From Hemiscyllium ocellatum (Eukaryota), in NCBI RefSeq assembly GCF_020745735.1, contig NC_083407.1, positions 79,227,857 to 79,291,856 on the forward strand: a stretch of 64,000 nucleotides of DNA. Reading direction: 5' to 3'. Below the pieces are notes generated by a model. It had not been told where the DNA came from, did not search any database, and worked only from the letters and a program-made list of their open reading frames with translations. The translations under genes were made by a program, and so were the position numbers. Position 1 is the first letter of the stretch. Every line of letters begins with the position of its first letter. Shown here one piece after another: positions 35,926 to 48,695 of the stretch.

Positions 35926-37328
35926 AGGCACGAGGAGTGCTCCTGTTGTGTATCCAGCGTGTTCTGTGAGTCAGGTCTTTGCCCTGCAGGTACTTTTGTG
36001 AGCCTGGACTGTGTCCAATTAGCACTGACGGTGAGCCCATAGCGTGTCCACCGAGGACTGGGGTTGAACCCAGAGCACATCCATCGGGTACTGAGAATGA
36101 GCCTGGAGCTCTTTTATTCTGATTGAGGGGGAAGCCCAGAGAACATCTGGCAGGCATTGGAAGTTAACCTGGAATGACTCAGATACTGGGAGTGAACCTG
36201 GAGTGTATCCATCACGTGTTGCGAGTGAGTTTGTGTATGGCAGTTATTGAGAATGGATCATGTCCACCAAGGACTGGGAGTGCACCCGGAGCATGTTGAT
36301 CTGGTCTGGCAGTGAACTCAGAATGTGTCCAGCAATGATTGGCTTGATCTCTGAGTATGTCCAATAAGGATCTAGCATGAGCCCAGGGTCCAGCAGTTAT
36401 TTGCAGTGAACCTGGAGCATTTCCACCAGGGGCTGGGAGTGAACAAAATGGGTTCAGCAGTGGCTGGGGGTGAATGCCGAGTGTGTCTGTTGGGTAAAGG
36501 AGCGAGCTGGAGCACATCTGGCAGAAGGTGGGAATGGGCCAATAGCTTATACTTTGGGCACTGAGAGTGAGCTCCGAGGAACATCCCAGAGATTCTCTGA
36601 GTGTACCCAGAGTATGCCTAGATTGAGTGTTGTGAGTCAATCCAGAGCATATCTGTAAGGTGCTGCAAATGAATCCAGGTTATGTCTGTCAGGTGCTGGG
36701 AGTGGCCCGCAATGGCTCTGGCACGTAAAGGGAATGATCTCGGAGCATGCCCATCAGTGAGATGTCTGGTAGCTACTAGGAGTGCACCTGGAGTCTGTTC
36801 ATTGGGTATTGGGAGTGAACTCAGAATGTATCCAGGACACGCTGGGAATAGTCTTGGAATGTGTCCACCAAGATTGCAAGTGAGCATAGTGTGTCTCCGG
36901 CATATACTGGGAATGATCCCAGAGTGTGTCTAGCATGTATCAGGAAAGATCCTGAAGTGTGTCTGGTAGCTAGCTGAAGTAAGACACAATCTGGGTTATC
37001 AGGTGTCAGCGGTGAAGCTGGAGCACAACCGACAGGTTGTTGGAGCAACCCCAGAACATGTCAAGCAGGGACTGGGTGAGAGCGTGTTGTGTGTCTGCAA
37101 GGAACAAGGAGTGATCCCAGAGTCTGTCCAACGTGTTTTGAGAGTGAGCGTGATCCTTGCTCAGCAGGTACTAGGCAAGATTCTAGAGTGTATCTGGTAT
37201 GTTCTGTGGGTGATCCGAGACTGTATATGGCAGGAGTGGATGTGTGCCTGGAGTGTATCTGACGGGTACCAGCCAGGAGTGAGCCCAGAGATTATCTGGC
37301 AGGCACTGAAAGTCCGCAAGGTGTTTGT
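35926..37328. repeat. Degenerate ~33-bp tandem array (~42 units), consensus ~CTGGGAGTGAACCTGGAGTGTGTCCAGCAGGTA
   Basis: Consecutive units start at 36776, 36809, 36842, 36874, 36907 and 36940; others at 36186, 36274 and 36306. Confidence 0.8.
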
Positions 37329-40200
37329 CATGGAGTCATAGAAATGCACAGCATGGAAACAAACCCTTCGGTCCAAATCGTCCATGCTGACCACATATCT
37401 CAACCCAATCTCATCCCATGTGCCAGCACCCAGCCCATATCCTTCCAAACCTTTCATATTCATATACCCATCCAGAAGTCTGATAAATGTTGCAATTGGA
37501 TCAATCTCCACCACTTCCTCTGGCAGCTCATTCCATACACACACCATCCTCAGCGTGAAAAAGTTGTCCGTTAGGACTCTTTTATATCTTTCCCCTCTCA
37601 CCCTAAGCCTATGCCCTCTAGATCTGTACTCCCCCACCCCAGGGAAAAAAAACTTTGTCTATTTATCCTATCCATGCCCCTCATGATTTTATAAACTCTA
37701 TAAAGTCATCCCTCAGCCTCCGATGCTCCAGAGAACACAGCCTTTTCAATCTCTCCCTATAGCTCAAATCTTCCAACCCTGGCAACATGCTTATAAATCT
37801 TTTCTGAACCCTTTCAAGTTTCACAACATCCTCCTGATAGGAAGGAGATGAGAATTGCACATAATATTCCAAAAGTGGCTTAACCAAGGTCCTGTACAGA
37901 CACAACATGATCTCCCAGCTCCTATACTCACTGTTGTGATCAATAAAGGAGAGCATACCAAACGCCGCCTTCACTATCCTATCTACCTGCGACTCTACTT
38001 TCAAGGAGCTATGAACCTGCACTCCAAGGTTTCTTTGCTCAGCAACACTCACTAGGATCTTACCATTAAATGTATAAGTCCTGCTAAGATTAATTTTCCC
38101 AAAATGCAGCCCTTCGCATTTATCTAAATTAAACTCCATCTGCCACTCCTCAGCCCATTGGCTCATCTGATCAAGATCCCATTGTAATCTGAGGTAACCT
38201 TCGCTGTCCACTACACCTCCAATTTTGGTGTCATCTGCAAACTTACTAACTATACCTCTTATGCTCACATCGAGATCATTTATATAAATGTGAGAAATAC
38301 TGGACGCAGCACCAATCCTTGTGGCACTCCACTGGTCACAAGCCTCCAGTCTGTAAAACAGCCTTCTACCACCACCTTCTGTCTTCTACCTTTGAGCCAG
38401 TTCTGTATCCACATGGCTAGTTCTCCATGCATTCTATGAGATCTAACCTTGCTAACTAGTCTCCCATGGGGAACCTTGTCGTATGCCTTACTGAAGTCCA
38501 TATCGATCACGTCTACTGCTCTGCCCTCATCAATCCTCTTTGTTATTTCAAAAAACTCAATCAAGTTTGAGAGACATGATTTCCCATGCACAAAGCCATG
38601 TTGACCATCCCTAATTATTGCTTGCCTTTCCAAATACATGTACATCCTGTCCCTCAGGATTCCCTCCTACAACTTGCCCACCACCAACGTCAGGCTCACT
38701 GGTCTATAGTTCCCTGGCTTGTCCTTACCACCTTTCTTAAATAGTGGCACCACATTAGCCAACTTCCAGTCTTCTGGCACCTCACTTGAGGTAATCATTG
38801 TTTAAAATATCTCAGCAAGGGGCCCAACTATCACTTCCCTAGCTTCCCACAGAGTTCTAGGGAACACCTGATCAGCATCCAGTACTTCTTCCTCTGTAAT
38901 ATGGACCGTCTATTTCCCTACATTCTATGTCTTCCAAGTCCTTTTCTACAATAAAAACTGATACAAGTACTTATTTAGTATCTTCCCCATCTCCTGCAGC
39001 TCCCACACAAAGGCTGCCTTGCTGATCTTTGAGGGGTCCTATTCTCTCCCTAGTTACCCTTTAATGTATTTGTAAAAACCCTTTGGATTCTCCTTAACTC
39101 TATTTGCCAAAGCTATCTCTGTCCCCCTTTTTGCCCTCCTGATTTCCCTCTTAAGTATACTCTATTGCCATTATATTCTTCTAAGGATTCGCTCAATCTA
39201 TCCTATCTATACCTGACATATGCCTCCTTGTTTTTCTTAACCAAACCTTCAATTTCTTTAGTTGTCCAGCATTTCCTATACCTACCAGCCTTTTCTTTTA
39301 CCCTAACAGGAAAATATTGTCTTTGGATTCTCGTTTTCTCATTTCTGAAGGCTTCCCGTTTTCCAGCTGTCCCTTTAACTGCGAACATGTGCCCCCAATC
39401 AGTTTTTGAACGTCCTTGCCTAATACTGTCAAAATTAGCCTTTCTCCAATTTAGTACTTTAACTTTGAGATCTGGTCTATCCTTTTCCATCACTATTTTA
39501 AAACTAATAGAATTATGGTTGCTGGCCCCAAAGTGCTCCCCCACTGACACCTCAGTAACTAGCTGTGTCTTATTTCCCAAGAGTTGGTCAAGTTTTGCAC
39601 CTTCTCTAGTGGGTACGTCCACAAACTGAATCAGAAACTTTTATTGTTCACACTTAACAAATGCCTCTCCATCTAAACCCTTAACACTATAGTAGTCTCA
39701 GTCTATGTTTGGAAAGTTAAAATCCCCTATCGTAACCACCCTTACTTACAGATAACTGAGATCTCCTTAGAAATTACTCAATTTCCTGCTGACTATTAGG
39801 GGGTCTATAATACAATCCCAATAAGTTTATCATCCCTTTCTTATTTCTCAGTTCAACCTGGATGTATTTCTGGGAGTATCCTCCCCCAGTACAGCTGTAA
39901 TGCTATCCTTATCAAAAACACCACTCCCCCCTCCTTTCTTGCCTCCCTTTTGGTCCTTCCTGTAGCATGTGTATCCTGGAACATTAAGCTGCCAGTCCTG
40001 TCCATCCCTGAGCCATGTTTCTGTAATTGCTATGATATTCCAGTCCCATGTTACTAACCATGCCCTGAGTTCATCTGCCTTCCCCTGTTAGGCCTCTTGC
40101 ACTGAAATAAATGCAGTTTAATTTATCAGTCCTATCTTGTTCTCTGCTTTGTCCCTGCCTGCCCTGACTGTTTGACTTGCTTCTTTTCTCAACTGTAGCA
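37329..40200 (-). mobile_element. CR1 LINE, nearly complete ORF2 (APE endonuclease + RT), frameshifted
   Basis: ORFs 'QHGFVHGKSCLSNLIEFF', 'DFSKAYDKVPH', 'GVPQG', 'SKFADDTKIGG', 'PTREGAKLD', 'HNSISF'. CR1 tail at ~37330. Confidence 0.92.
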
Positions 40201-40224
40201 GTGTGACTGGAACTTAGTGCTGAA

Positions 40225-40790
40225 TTTTTTTAATTTCAAAAATATACTTTATTCATAAAATAATTTGATGGTCATGCCATACATACGTAAACATTTGCAT
40301 ACAGAGATCAGAATTTATCATTTATATATACAGGTCTGTACATTTATCAATCATATGTCCATATATTTAGCTGAGACGTCAGCAGAGCCCAAAAGACTGC
40401 ATGAGCCCCTGTTCTTCTTAGGCAGGCAGATGTTACACAGTGGTCTTTTCCCACCGTGCCTTGGTAGCAGCTGCCCCAAGCTTCAGCGCATCCCTCAACA
40501 CGTAGTCCTGGACCTTGGAATGTGCCAGTCTGCAACACTCAGTCGGGGTCAACTTCTTCAGCTGGAAGATCAACAGGTTTTGGACCTGTGCTCTATGGAG
40601 CTCTGTGCTCCAGAGAGCGCCCTTTCCTTTCACTGAGTTGATGATCCTCCAGGCACAGTTGATGTTCATCTCGGTGTGCATCCTGGGGAACAGACCGTAG
40701 AGCACAGAGTCCTGCATCACTGTGCTGCTCGAGATGAACCTCGACAATCGCCACTGCATTCCTCTCCAGGCTTCTGCATAGGCACATTCC
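40225..40790 (-). mobile_element. 5'-truncated Tx1/L1-clade non-LTR element with poly(A) and 16-bp TSD
   Basis: ORF2 C-terminus 'LYGLFP..H...CAWRIINSVK..LW...CCRLAHSKVQDYVLRDALKLGAAATKARWEKTTV*'. AATAAA on minus at 40253-40248, A-tail 40231-40225, TSD ggaactta(g/a)tgctgaa at 40209-40224 and 40791-40806. Confidence 0.8.
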
Positions 40791-41956
40791 GGAACTTAAT
40801 GCTGAATGCACAGGCAAGCACTTGGAGTTAGTGCAGATTGTGTCTGGCAGGTACTGAAGGAAGTGCATTGTCTTTCTAGGCTCACTTCCTAACAGTAGCA
40901 GTGAGAATAATGATGATTACTATGTAGCAACAAACGAGAAACATAAGGGTCCACTAGTAGATAATATTAAATGTTACGAACATTAGAAAGTGAAGCTGAA
41001 GGCTCTATGTCGAATTCATATAGCATTTCTAACAAAACAAAAGAGTTGACAGCACAAAATTTTGTATAATCTCAGAGAATCATAGAATTTTTGCAGTACG
41101 TAAGGATACCCTCTGGCCTATCGAGTCCATGCCAGTCATCAGACATCCATCTATTTTAATCCTGTTTTCAAGTACTTGGCCCGTAGTCTTGTATGTTAGG
41201 GCACTTAATGTTCATCTAAAGAGCTCTTAAATGTCTTGAGGGTTCCCGCCTCTACCATCTTCTACCAGATGTCCACAGCTCCCCGGGAGAAGAAATGTTT
41301 CCTCAAAACTAATCTAAATCATATTACTTTAAAACTGTATCTGTTTGTTATCTGTTATTTGTGGGAATCAAAGATTGTGAAGGAGGATAGAAAAGAATAG
41401 AGTTTAAGTCACAATCAAATCATCTATGATTTTAATTCAATAGCAGGACAGGCTCGAGAAGCTGAATGTTCTCCTCGTAATACCTAAAGGTATATGGGCT
41501 AAGCAAGGAAGGGTGAAATCTGGCCTTGGAGAGAGCCTCGGTATAATGTAGTTTCCAGCTGCTATACTAGGATACTTTGGCTTCCCTTCGACTAGGCATA
41601 ACAGCTGTAGGAGCTATAGCAAAATTTACAGCCATAGGATAGTCTTCTCCCATTAAATACAAGATGTAAATTTACCTAATGCCAGCATTTAAAATTGTTG
41701 ATTTGTATAGTAAAGGTGCTTGGTTACCTGCGCAAGAAAGCCATCGATGAGACTTGTACCTTAAACTTATGTAGAAATAATAGTTGTGTTCGGTAATTCT
41801 TGAACTATTTAGCTGGTTTCACAACTTGAGAAAATATTATTCATATAGATTAATGAAATGAGTGTCTGCTATGATCCCAAAAATGCTGAAGGAGACTTTT
41901 CTTCATTCGGCTTTATGTCAAGCTGCAATCAATAGTAGTGCAAGCTTATATACAAC

Positions 41957-41991
41957 CACCTGATGAAAAAGCAATGCTTTGAAAGCTAGTG
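41957..41991 (+). ncRNA. Minimal type-I hammerhead ribozyme motif, fully paired, within a ~140-bp pLTR-like element (~41952-42090)
   Basis: CAC CUGAUGA A AAAGC-aau-GCUUU GAAA GCUA GUG. Confidence 0.72.
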
Positions 41992-42910
41992 CCTCCATAT
42001 AAACCTGTTGAATTATAAACTGGTGTTGTTTTTTAACTGTTTTTGAACTTTTTCACTCCAGTCCAACACCAGCACCTCCAAATCATGACTAATAGATACA
42101 GTTTTGACAGAATTATTTGGAACCCAAGATCACACTTCAATTTTTTAATTGCATTTATTAACTAAAAGCAACGATATTTTGGCACTAGAGCGCTGTTTCA
42201 CTTGGTGATCTTGTTTCACGTTTCCTCAAAATGTTCTTTAAATTGCAGACTTGTGTTTTTCTCATTACCTTTTAGAATATTTTCATGCTAGAAATGTCTT
42301 GCTCTCTCCAAGTTTGACATTCAAATTGACTGCACAAATCTCTTCCCTCATGCCATTTATTCTCCCAAGGACTTTAACAGTTAACCTTTCTAATGTATCA
42401 CTGATATTGCCATATTTACAACAAAAAACTTTCAGTTCCTCTATCCTGATTATATATGCTCCACTGACAATTGTCTGAAATTTAATTTCTCTATGTAGAA
42501 TTTATTTTGCTTTGCTGAGTTTTTGCTCCAGTTAAGGATGCTCCTGCTATTTTACTCTTTTCTTCATTTTTTTCTCATAGATTAACCACAAATGATTTTA
42601 GAATAGTTTTGCCTTTTCTTGCCACCTTTGTTTTCCAATGGGACTGTCTGTGATATTCTTTATTCTTTCAGAATCACTCTCATTAGTTAATCTTTCACAG
42701 GTATTTTCAAGGAAACTGCAATCCATGCAACTATAGTTAGTTTAGTTTATAGGCCATTAAATAATGTCCCAAGTGAGGCAATCTAGTCTGCTGTATTTAA
42801 TGTTGTTCGTTCAGTTACTCATGTATTGGGACAACAGACGAATTAGGTTCAACAGCAGAAATTGATGGGAAAACGCAGCAGGTCTTCCAGCATCTGTGGA
42901 GAGAAAACAA

Positions 42911-42940
42911 AGTTAACGTTTCGGGCCCTTCTTCAGAACC
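42911..42940 (-). ncRNA. Hammerhead motif of a third family, stem II loop deleted
   Basis: GGUU CUGAAGA A GGGCCC GAAAC GUU AACU, with stem I GGUU/AACU. Lies within a short element ~42855-42940 related to 16085-16180 and 57533-57665. Confidence 0.55.
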
Positions 42941-43869
42941 AATTAGATGATTGTTTTGTCAATCATCTTTGTTCTGTTTTGACATGATTTCCATTCAGTT
43001 TTCCTTATCGACTCACCTCTTTGGATCTTACAAGGTGCTGGTGAGACCACACCTGGATTACTGTCATTTCATTGAAAGCAGTTCAGAGAAAATTCACTAG
43101 ATTGATCTTTAGTTTGGAAGGATTGTCTTATAGGTAAGTGTTAACCAGGTTTGGACACTGGAGTTTTAAAGAATGAGAAGTGATCTTGTTGAAATATATA
43201 GGATTCTTAGGGTGCTTGACAGGGTAAATGCTAAGAGAATGTTTCCCCTCATGAGAGAGTCTAGGACAGGAGAATAAAGGAGTGCCATTTTACAACTGAG
43301 AGGAGGAGGGATTTCTTCTCTGAGGGTTGAGAGCCTTTAGAACTCGTTACTACAGGGTGGTGTTGGGGCAGAGTCCTTGTCTACATTTAAGGCTGAGATA
43401 GATTCTTGATCAATTGGGGAATCAGGTGATACAGGGAAACCACAAGAATGTGGACGTGAGGAATGTCAGATCAGCCACAATCTACTTGAATGGCGGAGCA
43501 GATTCAAGGAGCCGAATGACCTCCTCCTGATCCCATTTCTTGTAGTCTTATCTCAGCATTTTGTTTTGATCTCCTAGACTGTATTTGTGAAGCAATATGT
43601 AAATTTGGGGAACTGTCTTTAACCATCTTTAAAAACTTCAAAATGTAGTTGACCTTCAGGAGTCTGTCATTAAAATTTCATCATTGTTCTTTATATTCTG
43701 GAGCTATTTTATTGTATTTATCCTTCTCATATCTGCATACTCTCCCAAAGCTGCCAATGTAAATATTCAGCTTTCTTTTTTACATCTAGTTACAATCAAT
43801 GGTTCCATTTGCTGTTTCTTTGTAATAGGAATTAACATTTCTGTGTTCCTCACCTTTGTGTTGGTTTGC

Positions 43870-44252
43870 CCCTTCCGCCTCGGAACACATCAACCCCAGG
43901 GCATCAATGTGGACTTCAACAGTTTCCTCATTTCCCCTTACCACACCTCACCCTAGTTCCAAACTTCCAGCTCAGCACTGTCCCCATGACTTGTCCTACC
44001 TGCCTATCTTTTTTTCCACCTATCCACTCCACCCTCCCCCCGCCCCCGACCTATTAACTTCGTCCCCTTCCCCATTCACCTATTGTACTCTATGCTACTT
44101 TCTCCCCACCCCCACCCTCCTCTAGCTTATCTCTCCACGCTTCAGGCTCTCTGCCTTTATTCCTGATGAAGGGCTTTTGCCTGAAACATCAATTTCGCTG
44201 CTCCTTGGATGCTGCCTGAACTGCTGTGCTCTTCCAGCACCACTAATCCAGA
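43870..44252 (+). mobile_element. Penelope-like 3' fragment with pLTR and CpG-decayed hammerhead (44163-44190)
   Basis: Near-identical to 23480-23820; 'FRLGTHQPQGINVDFNSF'. Confidence 0.88.
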
Positions 44253-44499
44253 ATTTTGTTCAGCTAGTCCTACATCGGTTTGGATGGAAATTTACAACTG
44301 AAACGTAAACTTGTCATTGCTAATCCTTATTGAAGGTTTCAAAGCAGCTATGTAATTCCAGTATTACATATTTCCAAAATTTGGAATCCATTTGGAACAT
44401 ATACTTGCTTAAATTCCTGTAGTCCCTTTGTTATATTTAAAGCTGCTCATCCTTTGTTCTGGATACACTGTTGAAACGTCAGCACATATCATTCTGCAT

Positions 44500-45885
44500 T
44501 TTAAGAAGGTCAAAAGAAGAAATGCAGGGATTTACCAGCCAGTAAGCCTAACAACTGTGGTGGAAGTCTGCAATCAAGAGTGGGATAACTGAAAACCTCG
44601 AAATTTTCAGTTAATCAAGTATACCAACATGGATTCAAGATAGGTAGGCTATACCTGACAAACCTCATTGAATTATTTGAAGAGGTGACTTGGAGTGGAA
44701 TCTCTATGGATTTGTTTATCTGGACTTCAAGAAGGCATTTAATAAAGACCACATAAGACATTTAACTAAGGTAGAAGCCATGGAACCGAAAACAAATTAC
44801 TGAAGACAGGAAGTAGGTATAATAGGTAGACACTCAAATTGGCAGATTTTGGACAATGGTGTCTGACAAAGATCTGTGTTAAGGCCTCATTTATTCACAT
44901 TATTTATTCGCAATTTAGTCACGTATGCTGATGACGCAAAGTTAGGTGGCATTGTAGACAGTATAAATGACAGTAAAAAATTCCAAAGGGATATTGATAG
45001 ACAAAGTAAATGGGAAAAACTGTGGCAGATGGAGTTCAAAATAAGCAAGTATTAATTTTGGACCAAACAAGGATAGATTGAGGCATTTTGCAGATCATAT
45101 GAAATTAAATACACTGGATGTCCAAGGAAACTTGGGGATTCAGGAGCATAAATCCTTAAAATATCACAAATTTTATAAGTTTGTTATTGTAACAGAGTAA
45201 AAAAATTTCAATAAATATATGTCTAAACAAATCACAAGCAGGTGCAGAGAATAATCAAGAAAGCTAATGGAATTGCTGACCTTTATGTCTAAAGAACTGA
45301 CATACAAGGATTCGGAAGTTATACTGTAGTTACAAAATCCTGCTTTGACCCCACTTAGAGTACTGTGAGCGGATATAGACACCACACCTTGGGAAAGGTA
45401 AATTGGTCTTGGAGGGAAGATAATATACATCTACAAGAATGGTAACTTAATTCCTGAAGTCAGATATGAAGAGAGATTATATAAATTAGGCCTATTTTCT
45501 CTAGAATTGAGAAGGTTAAGGAATGATCAACCCAAAGTCTTCAGGATAATTTTGGGAAAAGAAAGGTTAGATTAACTATTGCTACTTGAGGATTCTAGAA
45601 CAAGGGGGCATAGACCAGAATTAGGTCCGGACATTCAGGAGAGATGTTAGGATGCACTTCTATACATAAAGGGTGGTAGATGTTTGGAACTCTTGTACAA
45701 ATGGCAGAGGATGCAGCATCAATTATTGATTTTAGATCTGTGATGAATGAAATTTTGTTAGGCAAAAGTATTGAAGATTGTGGGCCAAAGGCAGATTTAT
45801 GGAGTTAAACCACAGATCAGCCACGATCCCATTGAAAGACGGAACAGGCTTGAGGTGCTTAGTGGTCTACTGCTTTTCTTATGAT
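44500..45885 (+). mobile_element. Old CR1 LINE fragment
   Basis: Decayed 'YQPVSLT', 'QHGF', 'YLDFKKAF', 'YADDAKLGG' traces and a CR1-type 3' end. Confidence 0.75.
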
Positions 45886-46559
45886 TTGTTTATTTCCAAG
45901 TTGCTAGAGGTATAAGAAATTGACTTGTGATGTTCTACACTAAGTGACTGATTTGGCTATACATAACAGCAGACTCCAGGGATTTTATTCCTGCCAAAAC
46001 TGACAGGGCTTACTTTGTTCTAATGCTTTTTTTTTCAATTTATGCTGCTCTGCTTTACATCTTGATCGACTGACAATGTGGGAAGCACGTTTGATGTCTT
46101 GTCTTTTAGAGATGAATTAGTTCGCCATAAAGTTGACTTTTTAGACAAATCCTATTCAAAATTTAATCTGCTTTCATTTAAATGGAATAGAAATTTATTC
46201 TCACATATATTTGTCACCACACCACAGTGCCTATATTGGCATCTCTAGATAAATAAAAGATGCCCATGTTTCAGCATGGCATATCAGGATAGATTAGTAA
46301 GTTTTAGGTAACTTCCATCATGCCTTAAACAAGAATAGTTAGAGTTTAAAAGCTGGAAGACATGAAACACAATAAATCTGAATGAATCCAGGATACTGTT
46401 ATAGGATCTTGGAGAAATTGATTGCTACAAGAAGCAGAACCATTGTATCAGCCAAAGGCAAATTTGGTAGGATATTATTGATAGATGAGGCGCTAGAGGC
46501 ATGGTGCATGGAACGCTTTTGGGAGATTCCCAACCAGCCCAGCCCCAATTCCACAATCG

Positions 46560-47997
46560 AGTTCAGTGGCAGTTTTGCATGTCAACAGCTGAATGTCAAA
46601 ATGGAAGAAACTTGCCAGATGAGAGGTCCAAAGAGCTATCAAGAACCAGAAGAACAGCAAAGACTCCTGGCAGCAATGAAGTAGCAGCAGAGCTATTGAA
46701 ACATGGCAAGAACACTGTCACATAGAGCGTACAGACCAATTTAACAAGGTCTCGAAGACTTGTAGAGTAGTCATAGCCAGGTTATCAATGAGAGGGAACC
46801 TTAGCAACTGAAACAACTGGAGAGCCATAATTGGCTGTCGGTACTTGGCAGTCTTCAGCACAGTACTTCAAAGACTGAAATCAGAAGTTGACTGTACCCA
46901 TCACAAAGAACAAGCAGGTTTCTAGGTTGGCAGATCATGCTGCAAGCAGATGAGGAACATCAAAGAGCACAGCCAATTGTCAATTTCTTTGTTATCACCT
47001 TTATTGATTTCTAGAAGACTTCCTGTAGCATTCATCGGCAATCAGTCTGGTACATCACAATACAATGTGGCATCCTGAAGTGTATATTAGCATCTTCAAA
47101 GCTATATACCAGTTACTACAGTTGCTGCATTAAGATCAGCACAGGCACTGTGGATTCCTTAAACATCATCATAAGGGTATGGTACTGCTACATTTTCTCA
47201 ACTTTTTCCTCTTGATTACTGATTTCGTATTGAGAAAGATGGTGGGTGCAGACTTCGACATCCTGTTGCAACACAACAAGTTGATGATTTCTCTCTGCTG
47301 GACCAAGCATTGCATACACTCCAAGCTGTGACCATTAGTCTTGAGAATATTGATATTTAGGTTGATGTATGCATCATTGTAAGAAGGCTAAGACAGTGAT
47401 GACTAAGCAATAAGACCCCCTACCCCAATCAGCACTGAATATCAGAATACCAAGGATGTTGACCATTTCCCTCCATCTAAGAATTAGCATGTCTACGGAG
47501 GGTGAAATAGAGATTCATACAAGAAGTGGTGAAGCAATATCAGCCCTCCAGTTCCTTCATGTAGTTGAGGTAGCCAATGTCATGGTCAGCCATGAAGCTA
47601 TGACGCTCTATGTCCATTGTGGTACCAGCTGCAATCTGTGCCAGCAAGACATAGAAGAAAATGACAAAGATATCATGTATGCTTGACATCTTTCATCATT
47701 GTTGACTGTGTATGATCTTCATCATCAATTGGGGAGACAACATCACCAATGTAGTACCAAGACAACTGAAACAGGCATGACACATATTTTTGTTTCCTGA
47801 ATGTACTCCAGACCAGAGTGGCAGTAGCATGGATGCCGTCAGTGGAAAAAGAAGGTAGGGCCCTAAGGAAGATCTGGCGAAGTACCTTCAAGAGCAGGAC
47901 AGCACCTGATCTGGAGCAAAATAAATTGAAAGGAACCAGGGCTAATGGTGGACTCTTGCTGCCCATTGACTTGCACAGGTCCGCAGGAGCTAAGTAA
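46560..47997 (+). mobile_element. Old RTE-clade LINE fragment
   Basis: Decayed traces of 'AELLKHG', 'NWRAI..LSV.G', 'EQAGF..GRSC' and 'FIDF'. Ends in taagtaa. Confidence 0.6.
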
Positions 47998-48660
47998 CTT
48001 CTTGTAACAAAATAATTGTGATTATATCTTTCACTTTAAGTGATTCTTCAAATATAACTTCTCTAATTGCTTTAAGTTTTTGATTTAACAAAAATTATTG
48101 TATTGACAGAAATAGCTGTCATGTCCTTCTGCAGTGCAGCTTACATACTGTGGGAAAAATAATCTAAAGAATCTTCCTGTAAGTAACCTGCCTACATTGT
48201 CTGTATTGCATGGGTTATAAAGTGTAAGAATTTTTTTTAAAGTCCTATTTAAAATAACAGTTTTCATTCCTGTAACAGCATTTCACCTGTCCCTGGGTAA
48301 AAAGGATCTTATAGTTTTGTATTTAATTATTCTTTCCAAAAATAGTGCACCAATAAAAAAAAACAATCTAATGGTCTTGAATAATGCTTTGGTGATATTT
48401 AGGACAAGCTTGGTCCTCTGAATTTCTATGCTCATAAACCATTCCTGGTAACCTCACTTCCTACCCCCGACTCCCTTTCTAGCCTCTTCCCCCTCCCTTC
48501 CACTCCTCCCTGCTACCAACCGCATTCATTCCTCCCATTGACTAACCAGTTCATACTCTTTGCCTGTCTTCACTTATCCCTACCTCACCTCACCCCACCC
48601 CACCCCTGCCACCCCCTCTATCTGCAGCTCCCCCTACGCTAAACCGCTCCCCCCCACCCC

Positions 48661-48695
48661 AGTCCTGAAGAAGGGTTACACCCGAAACGTCAACT
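48661..48695 (+). ncRNA. Hammerhead motif of a fourth family, within a C-rich pLTR-like element (~48440-48755)
   Basis: AGUC CUGAAGA A GGGU-uac-ACCC GAAAC GUC aACU. The single stem I mismatch is explained by CpG decay (gtcGact->gtcAact). Confidence 0.62.

Noticed and set aside
37003-37341. 112-aa ORF (and neighbouring ORFs from 35.9-37.3 kb) as a repeat protein
   Set aside because: It arises from the 33-bp array. Frame-breaking 32-bp units and stops are frequent and no clear splice frame exists.
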